From NCBI GenBank assembly GCA_020636325.1, contig JACJYC010000009.1:175926-239925 (forward strand): a stretch of 64,000 bases of DNA. The letters run 5' to 3'. A program made the position numbers and the translations under genes. Below are positions 27,533 through 36,000 of this stretch, piece by piece. The number at the start of each line of letters is the position of its first letter. Position 1 is the stretch's first letter. The stretch comes from Lewinellaceae bacterium. Its GTDB lineage: Bacteria > Bacteroidota > Bacteroidia > Chitinophagales > Saprospiraceae. The notes under the pieces were generated by a model. It was not told where the DNA came from, did no database searches, and was given only the letters and a program-made list of their open reading frames with translations.

Positions 27533-28009
27533 TTAGTTGCCGGCTTTTTGCCTTTCCTGCATAATGGCGGTTAGTTCGCGCTTGAATTCGGTCATCGGGT
27601 GATGCTGCATATAGATTTCGTACATGGCCAACCGGTCGGCGCGGGTGGATTCGGCATATTCCGGATATCGCCCGATCAGGTTCCGGAAAGCGATTGACCG
27701 GGCGCAGTCGATTTTTTTGAATATCAGCCCGCCGCGGATCGCCGCAAATTGTTCGTCCGGCAGATCGCAGATGGAATAGGGTTTTTCCAGATGATCGAGA
27801 AAAGCGATGGCGGCCTGCGCATCGAATTCGTCCCTCATCATGGCAAGCTGCAGATCTATTTTTGCTTTGCTCAACTGGTGATACAAGGTGTCATTTGCGA
27901 TTTTCCGGATCAAATCCGGGTTCAGGGAACTTTGACCGGATAGTTGATGGCAGAAAACAACGGATAGCAAAAGCAGGAACGCAAACCGGTTTATTTTCGC
28001 AATTTTCAT
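27533..28009 (-). CDS. hypothetical secreted protein
   Basis: Signal peptide MKIAKINRFAFLLLLSVVFCHQLSGQ. Confidence 0.45.
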   Translation of the reverse strand: MKIAKINRFAFLLLLSVVFCHQLSGQSSLNPDLIRKIANDTLYHQLSKAKIDLQLAMMRDEFDAQAAIAFLDHLEKPYSICDLPDEQFAAIRGGLIFKKIDCARSIAFRNLIGRYPEYAESTRADRLAMYEIYMQHHPMTEFKRELTAIMQERQKAGN

Positions 28010-28086
28010 GGTTGGTCTTATGGTTATATTAAGCGCTTGCAGCATGCCCGGAATAAGTAATTGCCTGGCATGCTGCATTCCAGCGT

Positions 28087-28749
28087 TTATTTATTATTAT
28101 GTAACAATTGTTTTGCATTTTTTGCCCACTCCTGGGCTAATGGGAGAGACTTTGGATCATCAATTACGGATTCTGCTAAAAAATCATAATAGTCATCCAT
28201 GAACTGAACTTCCGGTGGGGTCAGATATTTTTTTATTCTGGAGTATGCAAAAATGACGACGCCCAATTCGGCTTTTGAATTTAATTTTTGCAATTTTTCA
28301 AGATAAAACCTTGTTACTTCGGCAGATTTCACCGAAATCGGAACCTTATTTACGTATTTATCAAGAAAAACAAAAACGATACTCTCCGTATTGGTTAGAG
28401 CGGCTTCAATTGGTAATTGCTTGTCTAATGTTCCTAGGGCTTCTTCAATCACTTTGTGCATTTGCAGCCAGTTTTCTTCCGGCTTGTGATAGGTGAACCT
28501 ATTCATATATGATAATACCCGTCCAGTAAATACAGGGTCATAAAACTGCCCGTCCGAGATAGTCAACTGATACCTTAGGTCATCTGGATCCGTCCTGACA
28601 GACGTGGCAGAACCTGCCCCGGTTTTTGGTTCGCCGCCTTGAAGGAAAGAATTCTCTTTATTGTTCAGTTCTTCCATAGTCTGATTGGAAGCGCATGAAC
28701 ATAAAATAGTAATAAATATTATACCTGCCGTATGCTTTATATTTTTCAT
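28087..28749 (-). CDS. hypothetical lipoprotein (low-GC gene)
   Basis: Lipobox ITILCSCAS; local GC about 40%. Confidence 0.5.
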   Translation of the reverse strand: MKNIKHTAGIIFITILCSCASNQTMEELNNKENSFLQGGEPKTGAGSATSVRTDPDDLRYQLTISDGQFYDPVFTGRVLSYMNRFTYHKPEENWLQMHKVIEEALGTLDKQLPIEAALTNTESIVFVFLDKYVNKVPISVKSAEVTRFYLEKLQKLNSKAELGVVIFAYSRIKKYLTPPEVQFMDDYYDFLAESVIDDPKSLPLAQEWAKNAKQLLHNNK

Positions 28750-28848
28750 AGCGGATATTTTATTTTAGAAACTAATAAAACGATCAGGCTTTTTTCAAAA
28801 TGGAGTACCACGGATTAAGTGGTCATCAGGATTAAAAAAACGGAGATT

Positions 28849-29157
28849 TTAACTGCAAGGCACACAATCGCATCCTAAAGCGATTGCATTCAATCCAACC
28901 CATCCGGGTTGTGTTTCGTGGGTATTAATTTGTAAAAATGGGATACCGCCAACCATTCCCATATAATGGATGGAGATAAATTCGTCAATAATACAATCAC
29001 AGTTATCACTGTAATTGATATACCAGCTAATACAATTGGAGGCACATTGTCCACGGCATTCCAAAGGATAATTACCGTTGTTATTAGCTTTAACGGCAAA
29101 AGGCAAGCAAAGAAATGATACGGCAATAAAGCGCCAGATTAAAGCGGGTTTTTTCAT
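28849..29157 (-). CDS. small secreted cysteine-rich protein (8 Cys in ~75-aa mature part)
   Basis: Signal peptide MKKPALIWRFIAVSFLCLPFAVKA; Cys pattern CxxxC...C...CxC...CxCxxC. Confidence 0.45.
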   Translation of the reverse strand: MKKPALIWRFIAVSFLCLPFAVKANNNGNYPLECRGQCASNCISWYINYSDNCDCIIDEFISIHYMGMVGGIPFLQINTHETQPGWVGLNAIALGCDCVPCS

Positions 29158-29337
29158 AACTGTTAGAGTTTTATTGGTTGAATTATATGAACATCACAAA
29201 TGTATTTTTTTTAAAAAAAGCAATCAAGCATTTTTTTGACTTTAACTTAAAAATTTTAAAAAATCTTTAATTTGTAATCATAAATAATGACATTTTAAAG
29301 ATATTAAAAAATATATATCGTATTTTTCCTGTTCAAC

Positions 29338-29412
29338 CGACTTTTCTACCTCACCCTCTCTCACCCTCTCACCCTCTCACCCTCTCTCACCCTCTCACCC
29401 TCTCACCCTCTC
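29338..29412. repeat. (CTCACCCTCT)n simple repeat, complement of the 20155-20285 GA-rich tract
   Basis: Read directly. Confidence 0.75.
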
Positions 29413-29416
29413 TCCC

Positions 29417-30433
29417 TCACCCTCTCCCATACCCCTCTCCCGCCCGCCGCAGCCGCTCCCCGATCCGCTTCACCAGTATTCTGGGCCCCAGTACACGCAG
29501 ATTTTCACCGAAACCAAGGATCTCGCGCTCCAGTTCAAAGTTCAGGACGACCTCAATGGTGAAGACCATGCGATCCGGTCCGGAATCCAGGATTTCCTGG
29601 CTGGGATGCATCGGTTTGGTGCGGATATAGGGGGCGTGTTGCGCATTGATCTCAAGGGTGACCTTTACCGGGCGCTGCCCCTGGGATTTGGTTACGCCGA
29701 TCACGTCCTTGTAATAATGGTGGATATCCGGCACCGGGCTTTCCCTGTACGGCTCGCCGGGCAGCGTACTGAGGCCTTCGATCCGGTCGAGCGCAAAATT
29801 GACCAGGCCGGATTCCTTTTTGCGTTCGCCCAGCACGAACCAGCGGTTGCGGTATTCCTTCAGCAGGTAGGGGTAAAAAATCACGTCGGCAGGCTGCCGC
29901 GCCTTGAATGACTGATAGGTGACCAGCAAGGTTTGCCGGTTCAGAATGGCCTCGTGGATGGGTTGGATGTATTCCAATCCTTTCAGCAACTCGTTTTTCT
30001 CCAGGTCGATAAAGGATTGGCCGTTGTGTTTCCGGCGGTAGATGTTGTCTTCGAGGCGGGCGGTCATCTCCGCCAGTTCGCGAAAATGACCGAAACCGCT
30101 GAACTGCCGCAGGAAGATCAGCACCTCGTTGAGCTTGTTCAGGTCGTGCCCTGAGATCGGGCTGTTGGTAATGCTGTATTGCTTGTCGGCGTAGCTGTAA
30201 AACTTGCGGTCGGTGACGACAATCGGGGCATTGTAGCCGAGCTTATCGCTGCGCATATTCTGGATATCCAGTTGTATGGTGCGTTTGCCGACACCGTCCC
30301 GTATGCCTTCGTATTCGTACAGGGCATCGGATACGGCCTCTATCAGGTCTTCCAGGGTCCATTTCCGGTAATGGTTCTGAAGGCATTGATCGATCACCTT
30401 ATAACGGAGCAGAGCGAGTTTGTTGACGGACAT
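29417..30433 (-). CDS. WYL-domain transcriptional regulator (HTH plus WYL plus C-terminal extension)
   Basis: N-terminal HTH (LALLRYKVIDQCLQNHYRKWTLEDLIEAV), central WYL-like region, size about 340 aa. Start chosen at MSVNKLALLRYK; the ORF continues to 30559. Confidence 0.65.
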   Translation of the reverse strand: MSVNKLALLRYKVIDQCLQNHYRKWTLEDLIEAVSDALYEYEGIRDGVGKRTIQLDIQNMRSDKLGYNAPIVVTDRKFYSYADKQYSITNSPISGHDLNKLNEVLIFLRQFSGFGHFRELAEMTARLEDNIYRRKHNGQSFIDLEKNELLKGLEYIQPIHEAILNRQTLLVTYQSFKARQPADVIFYPYLLKEYRNRWFVLGERKKESGLVNFALDRIEGLSTLPGEPYRESPVPDIHHYYKDVIGVTKSQGQRPVKVTLEINAQHAPYIRTKPMHPSQEILDSGPDRMVFTIEVVLNFELEREILGFGENLRVLGPRILVKRIGERLRRAGEGYGRG

Positions 30434-30761
30434 GATGCGGGTTTTGCGAATAAGCAACAATATACGCAAATATATTGCGCAGTTAAAATGTCCAACTGCG
30501 GGAACCAAATAATTTGATTTGGGATTTATACAGCGATCAGGAAAATCAACCGTATACATTTTGCAATACCAATAAAGATTTATTTCATTGAAATGCAGTG
30601 AATTAAAGTGAATTCGTTGTGCCTTTTACGAGGTATTTACCAACCGGGCCTGATCTGTTTTTTTGAAAATTTTGAAAAATAATTTCTACTGCGCAAATTG
30701 GTTGCGTAGTACGATGCGCATCTTTGTTTTGTCAAAAGAGACGATCAATCACACCGGAGAA

Positions 30762-30866
30762 CGAGACTGTTCAAAATTGTGTTTTCGCGCAAAGACGCAA
30801 AACTTTAATTTTCATCACGCTGCGCGTGCTAAAAATTCTGTTGACACAAAATGCTGAACGGTCCCC
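30762..30866. repeat. 110-bp dispersed element, copy 2
   Basis: Aligns with 20386-20497. Confidence 0.7.
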
Positions 30867-31034
30867 GGAGAACATCCGGAATAAATATCACGGCCGCTTT
30901 CCGGGAGCCAGGCAAACCTCCCGGCAAGCGAACCTGGCGAGGGTTTCCCGAAAGCCCCGCAGTATTGCCCCGGTAGGGATGCAATATGCTGTCCTTGTTT
31001 GGCGAAAGCCGATCACTGCCGTCACACCGTGAAT

Positions 31035-31190
31035 GGAGGTTCGATTCCTCCTCCCGGCCAACCGGGATAGTTCAACTGGCAGAACAACGGTTCCATGAGT
31101 CGCGGGTTCGATTCCCGCACCCTTTTCGAGGGGTTAGCTCAGTTGGTTAGAGCAATGGACATTTAATCCATGATGGAAGCGGGCAACTTC
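31035..31190 (+). other. cluster of tRNA-like fragments. A 3' tRNA end (GGAGGTTCGATTCCTCC-TCCCGGC-CA), a tRNA-like segment with canonical D- and T-arms, and a 5' tRNA half with D-arm TAGCTCAGTTGGTTAGAGC plus anticodon stem-loop ATGGA-CATTTAA-TCCAT
   Basis: Canonical T-loop GGTTCGATTCC twice and canonical D-arms. I could not fold either element into a complete cloverleaf by eye, so these are scored as degenerate or rearranged tRNA remnants. Confidence 0.4.
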
Positions 31191-31445
31191 CCTAAAAATG
31201 CCCACCCTTGAAAACAGGTCCCGTTGTCCCGGGAAGATTCCGCCGGTCCGCCCTCCCTTCTTCGGAATGGAGGAAGACATTCACCGAAGGTGCGGCGGAT
31301 GACCCACTCGGGACGAAGCCTAGTAAAACGGTGAACTTCAGTTCTGACTTCCCCCGAACTTCAGTTCGGAGCCCCCGTTTTCCGCTCCAACCCGATAGAC
31401 AACGGCGCCTGTTTTCTACCAACTAAATTGTAAAACCTCTGTAAT

Positions 31446-32552
31446 TTGATGACCATGAAAAGGTTAGTTTTGAATCCCTGGCAGGTCGCACTGGTCATGA
31501 AGAACGGCGCCCTGCAACGCATCCTGACCAGCGGCCCGCACTGGACCTGGTTTGGCGAGCAGACCCTGATCTGCGATATGACTAAACCCTTCGTAACGCC
31601 TGTTGATCTCAGCATTCTGCTGGAGAACCGCCAACTGGCTTCCATGCTGGATGTGATCGATGTGCCCGAACACGAGATCGTCCTCCAGTTCGAAAAAGGC
31701 GTTTTCCGCGGTGTGCTGCCCCCGGGCCAGTACGCCTATTGGAAGGGGCCGATCCGGCGGGAGTTCATCCGGGCCGACCGATCCAAGATCTGGATAACCG
31801 AACCGGTCGACCTGACGATCCTGGAGCGAATGGAAATGGGGCCTTTCGTGCGGTCTTTCATTGTGGAGCCATACGAAAAAGGGCTTTTGTTCATCAACCG
31901 GCAACTGGACCGCGTGCTGGAACCAGGCACCTACCATTTCTGGAGAAACGGCGAACCGGTCCAGGTGGTCAAGTCGGATATGCGTCAGCTCCAGTTGGAA
32001 GTGTCCGGCCAGGAATTGCTGACCCGCGACAAGGCGGCCCTGCGGATCAACTTTCACGCTCAGTATAAAATGCTGGACTTCGTAAAAGCCTATACCGAGG
32101 CCCGCGATTACGATAAGCAGTTGTATCTTGCCCTGCAATTGGCCTTGCGGGAGTTTGTCGGCGAACTGACCCTGGACGAATTGCTGGAGCGCAAGGGATC
32201 CGTCGGCGCCAAGGTACTGGAAGTCGTCCGGCCCGCCGCTGAAAAGCTGGGGGTGGAAGTCGTATCCTGCGGTATCCGGGACATCATCCTGCCGGGCGAG
32301 GTCAAGGACATCATGAACCAGGTATTGGTGGCCGAGAAAAAAGCCCAGGCCAATATCATCACCCGGCGCGAGGAAACCGCCTCTACCCGGAGCTTGTTGA
32401 ACACGGCCAGGCTGATGGAAGAAAACGCCATGCTCTTCAAATTGAAAGAGATGGAATACGTGGAAAAGATCGCCGAAAAGATCAGCAACATCTCGGTAGC
32501 CGGCAGCGGCGACCTGGTCGGACAGCTGAAGCAGATTTTTGTACCGCATTAA
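31446..32552 (+). CDS. SPFH/band-7 (stomatin/prohibitin/flotillin-like) domain protein
   Basis: SPFH core followed by a C-terminal helical region (VLVAEKKAQANIITRREETASTRSLLNTARLMEENAMLFKLKEME). Confidence 0.8.
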   Translation: MMTMKRLVLNPWQVALVMKNGALQRILTSGPHWTWFGEQTLICDMTKPFVTPVDLSILLENRQLASMLDVIDVPEHEIVLQFEKGVFRGVLPPGQYAYWKGPIRREFIRADRSKIWITEPVDLTILERMEMGPFVRSFIVEPYEKGLLFINRQLDRVLEPGTYHFWRNGEPVQVVKSDMRQLQLEVSGQELLTRDKAALRINFHAQYKMLDFVKAYTEARDYDKQLYLALQLALREFVGELTLDELLERKGSVGAKVLEVVRPAAEKLGVEVVSCGIRDIILPGEVKDIMNQVLVAEKKAQANIITRREETASTRSLLNTARLMEENAMLFKLKEMEYVEKIAEKISNISVAGSGDLVGQLKQIFVPH

Positions 32553-32643
32553 TCCTGAGGAGCTGAGGAATTGAAGAACCGGGGAATCGATTCTTCCATT
32601 CTTCGGTTCCTCGATTCCTCGATTCCTCGATTCCTCAGAAACA

Positions 32644-33668
32644 TGTTTGACCCGAAAGCACTCCATGACCTGATCAACGAAGGATATCTCCAGGTGCAGC
32701 GCCACCCGGAGGCGGAGTTCTTTATTTACAATTATACCGCCAAAACCCAGTACGAACGCGAATGGAATGCGATCACCCTGCAATGCCGGGGCCTGATCCT
32801 GGACGGGAACCTGGAACCGGTGGCGCGGCCGTTCAAAAAGTTTTTCAACCTGGGTGAAACCACGGGGCAGGCCATACCGAACGAGCCTTTCGAGGTGTTC
32901 GAAAAGATGGACGGTTCCCTGGGAATCCTCTACTGGCTCCACGGCGAAGCCTTCATCGCTACGCGCGGGTCCTTTACCAGCGAGCAGGCCGCCAGGGGAA
33001 CGGCTATCCTCCGGCGCAGGTACAGCCGTTTGCTGCCCTCGCTGGATAAGACCAAAACCTACCTTTTTGAGATCATCTACCCAGAGAACCGGATCGTTGT
33101 CGATTACGGTGAAATGGAAGACCTGGTGTTGCTGGCCGTTGTGGACAACCAAACGGGTAAAGAGGTAACCGTTGAAAACCCAGGGTTTACGCCGGTTCGG
33201 CGGTATCACGGCGTACGCGACGTCCATGTGTTGAAAGAACTGGCGGAAGAAAACCGCGAAGGTTTTGTCGTGCGGTTCGAGAGCGGGTTGCGGTACAAGA
33301 TCAAATTTGAAGAATACGTCCGCATCCACCGGATCATCACCCAGGTTTCCAGCCTCAGCATTTGGGAATACCTCAAGGAAGGCCAATCGCTGGATGAGAT
33401 CCTCGACCGGGTGCCGGATGAATTCTACCAATGGGTCCGCAAAACGAATGAAGACCTTCACGCCGCTTTTCGGAACGTGGAAGAACGGGCCCGCGCCGAA
33501 TTCAAGGTACTCGGCAACCGCAAGGAAACGGCCCTGTATTTCCAGCAATGCACCTATCCGGCGCTGCTGTTCGCTATGCTCGACGGCAAGGATTATGCGC
33601 CGGCCATCTGGAAACTGATCCGGCCTGATTTTGCCAAACCGTTTGCCGATAAAACAGATGATTTATGA
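32644..33668 (+). CDS. ATP-dependent RNA ligase (covalent nucleotidyltransferase superfamily, Rnl-type)
   Basis: Motif I FEKMDGSLG (KxDG), motif IV EGFVVRF, motif V LRYKIKFEEY. Upstream in-frame extension to 32571 runs through a CGATTCCTC x3 repeat, so the start is set at MFDPKALHDLI. Confidence 0.7.
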
Positions 33669-34537
33669 AAAAAGTGATCGTAATGCGGGGATTGCCGGGC
33701 AGCGGTAAATCGACCTATGCCAAAAAACTCCTCGCTGAGAACCCCAACGCCTGGAAACGCATCAACCGCGACGAACTTCGCGCCATGTTCGACGGCGGGC
33801 ATTTCAGCAACGGCAATGAAAAATTCGTGAAACAGGTCCGCGATCTGCTCATCATCAAAGCCCTGGAAGACGGCAAGCATGTCATCGTGGATGACACCAA
33901 CCTGGCCGCCGGAAACGCAACCCGCATCCTGCAACTGGTGCAGGAATTCAATAAGACGCACAACGACAACGTCACCGTTGAGGTCATCGAAATGGATACG
34001 CCGCTGGAAGAATGCATTGCCCGCGACGCCAAAAGGGAAAAACCGGTCGGCGCTAAGGTCATCGGGACCATGCACCGCCAGTTTTATACCAAAAACCAGC
34101 GCTACGCCGCCCAGGATCCGGGCCTGCCGCGCGCTGTCATGTGCGACCTCGACGGCACCCTGGCCCTGCTCAACGGCCGCAGCCCATACGATTCGGAAGG
34201 CTGTGAAAAGGACCTCCTGAACGAACCCGTTGCGCACCTCCTGACCACCTACCGGAATCTCGGGCACCGGGTCATCCTGGTTTCCGGCCGGAAGGATACC
34301 GCCCGCCAGGCCACCGAGCGCTGGCTGGAAACGCACGCCATAGGCTGCGACCTGCTCCTGATGCGCGCCGCCGATGACAACCGAAAGGACTCGATCGTCA
34401 AAAGCGAACTGTTCCACCTGCATATCCGGGATAAATTCTTCATCGAATTCATCCTCGACGACCGCGACCAGGTGGTGGATATGTGGCGCAATGAGCTGGG
34501 CCTGCCTTGCTGGCAGGTGTATTACGGGGACTTTTAG
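33665..34537 (+). CDS. bifunctional polynucleotide 5'-kinase / 3'-phosphatase (T4 Pnkp-like)
   Basis: N-terminal P-loop kinase VIVMRGLPGSGKSTYAKKLL, C-terminal HAD/DxDGT phosphatase (VMCDLDGTLAL...VSGRKD). 4-bp overlap with the ligase gene. Confidence 0.8.
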   Translation: MKKVIVMRGLPGSGKSTYAKKLLAENPNAWKRINRDELRAMFDGGHFSNGNEKFVKQVRDLLIIKALEDGKHVIVDDTNLAAGNATRILQLVQEFNKTHNDNVTVEVIEMDTPLEECIARDAKREKPVGAKVIGTMHRQFYTKNQRYAAQDPGLPRAVMCDLDGTLALLNGRSPYDSEGCEKDLLNEPVAHLLTTYRNLGHRVILVSGRKDTARQATERWLETHAIGCDLLLMRAADDNRKDSIVKSELFHLHIRDKFFIEFILDDRDQVVDMWRNELGLPCWQVYYGDF

Positions 34538-34662
34538 GAATGTAAAATGCAAAATGCAAAGGTGAAAATTTAAAAGCAGGCGCTGATTTTACATTTTCAT
34601 GTTTACGGTTGCAGTTTCAAGATTTTATGTGTTTTTGGAATTAAATTCCGAATTTACATAAA

Positions 34663-34992
34663 ATGATTGAACGTTTTCTAACCGATAAAGCCTTGGAACC
34701 CTTAGGGCAATATCCCTTGATAGCCATTACAGGTCCGCGTCAATCCGGTAAAACTACGTTAGCTCAAAACCTCAAACCGGATTATTCATACATCAACCTG
34801 GAGCTGCAATCAATGCCATAGAGATTAAAGCGGCAAAAACGATTAATACCTCATTCTTTAAAAACCTATTTGCATTCCGCGACCTTGCGGGCTCCGATAC
34901 AGTAACTCCTTTCCTGGTATATGGTGGAGAAGATGCACAAAACAGGCGCGATTTAACGATATTCCCCTGGAACCAAACCGGTCGGATCTGAG
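34663..34992 (+). pseudogene. remnant of a DUF4143-family AAA ATPase: N-terminal ~52 codons (MIERFLTDKALEPLGQYPLIAITGPRQSGKTTLAQNL...) joined by a stop/frameshift to the C-terminal ~57 codons (EIKAAKTINTSFFKNLFAFRDLAG...VYGGEDAQNRRDLTIFPWN)
   Basis: Walker A plus the family-typical C-terminus are present, but about 300 internal codons are missing and the two pieces are in different frames. Confidence 0.55.
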
Positions 34993-35013
34993 GCGCCCTG
35001 CTGACAACCACTT

Positions 35014-36000
35014 TTACATTCCTACTTTTACATTCCCCACAACCCCAACGCCTACCTCCACCTTGCCGGGCGGATCGAATTTCAAGCTGATCATCCCATG
35101 CGCCGGATATGCCGGGCCCTCCTCAAATTGCCGGGACAGCCGTTCATAAAGCGGCATTTGGCCGCCCAATTGACCGGCCAGATCCAAAATGATCCCGGCC
35201 GCCTGCCGGTTATCCGGAAACAATTGCGCAGCGTGGACAAACAGGGTGATTTCCGGCGTTTTACCCGGCGCTGCCCGCAGGCTGACACCCAGCCTCAGCC
35301 GGTTCAATACCGATGCAGCCGGTTGTGAGGCCAGGTATCCGAGGCAATTCAACGCAAAAGACAGCTGACCGGAGGCGTTCCCGGCTTTGAACAGGCGATG
35401 CAAGCCCGCGGGCGAAGGTGCGGATGCGCGATAATAAAATTCCATTAACCCGGGTTTCCCGGGCATAACGCCGATGAGCATGGGTTCCAGCGCCGGCCCG
35501 GTGAATTCGGGAAATTCGGCGCCCAACGCAGACCTGACCAGCGGCCGGCCGGAAACGGGCACCTCCTGATAAACCTTGCAACCGACCATGCCGTACTGGT
35601 GGCGAAAGCTGATCCAGTGGCCGTATCGCTGATCAGGAGCAACGGATAATGCCTTTAAAAGCGGATAAGTCTCCGGATCGAAATCCGGCGCGAACCGGCG
35701 GATATATTGCCGCTTCCGTGCCGGTGAATCGTCCGGAAGGCCCGGCTCTGCGGTATAGCAAATATCATCCGAACGGCTGGAGAAATTGAATTCCAGCGGA
35801 TAACCGTTCGGGGTAAGAAGGCTGTTGTCCACCGGCCGGCCGGCTGATTGCGCCGCCAACCAGGGGCGACTGAGCCGGGTCAGCATTTCGCGTACGGATC
35901 GGGCGTCCGCCGGCCGAAAACGGCCTGCCTCCGCAACCGCAGGATGCAGGCCGGGAAACAGGTCCGTTTTCGCTGTATTGAGGATCGGCCGGGCCATCAT
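35014..36000 (-). CDS. hypothetical protein, GC-rich (~64%), last gene of the toxin-like operon
   Basis: 328 aa; ATGA start/stop overlap with the upstream 755-aa gene; no motif recognised. Confidence 0.5.
   Translation of the reverse strand: MMARPILNTAKTDLFPGLHPAVAEAGRFRPADARSVREMLTRLSRPWLAAQSAGRPVDNSLLTPNGYPLEFNFSSRSDDICYTAEPGLPDDSPARKRQYIRRFAPDFDPETYPLLKALSVAPDQRYGHWISFRHQYGMVGCKVYQEVPVSGRPLVRSALGAEFPEFTGPALEPMLIGVMPGKPGLMEFYYRASAPSPAGLHRLFKAGNASGQLSFALNCLGYLASQPAASVLNRLRLGVSLRAAPGKTPEITLFVHAAQLFPDNRQAAGIILDLAGQLGGQMPLYERLSRQFEEGPAYPAHGMISLKFDPPGKVEVGVGVVGNVKVGM

Noticed and set aside
31035-31190. tmRNA (ssrA), or an intron-containing tRNA
   Set aside because: No tmRNA-like 5' GGGG..acceptor plus tag-reading frame or pseudoknot region is present. 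The elements are only 60-70 nt apart and are better explained as tRNA fragments
31464-33548. 694-aa minus-strand ORF spanning the SPFH and RNA-ligase genes
   Set aside because: It is antisense to two genes with clear motifs. It has no motifs of its own and a Gly/Pro/Arg/His-rich composition typical of shadow ORFs in high-GC DNA
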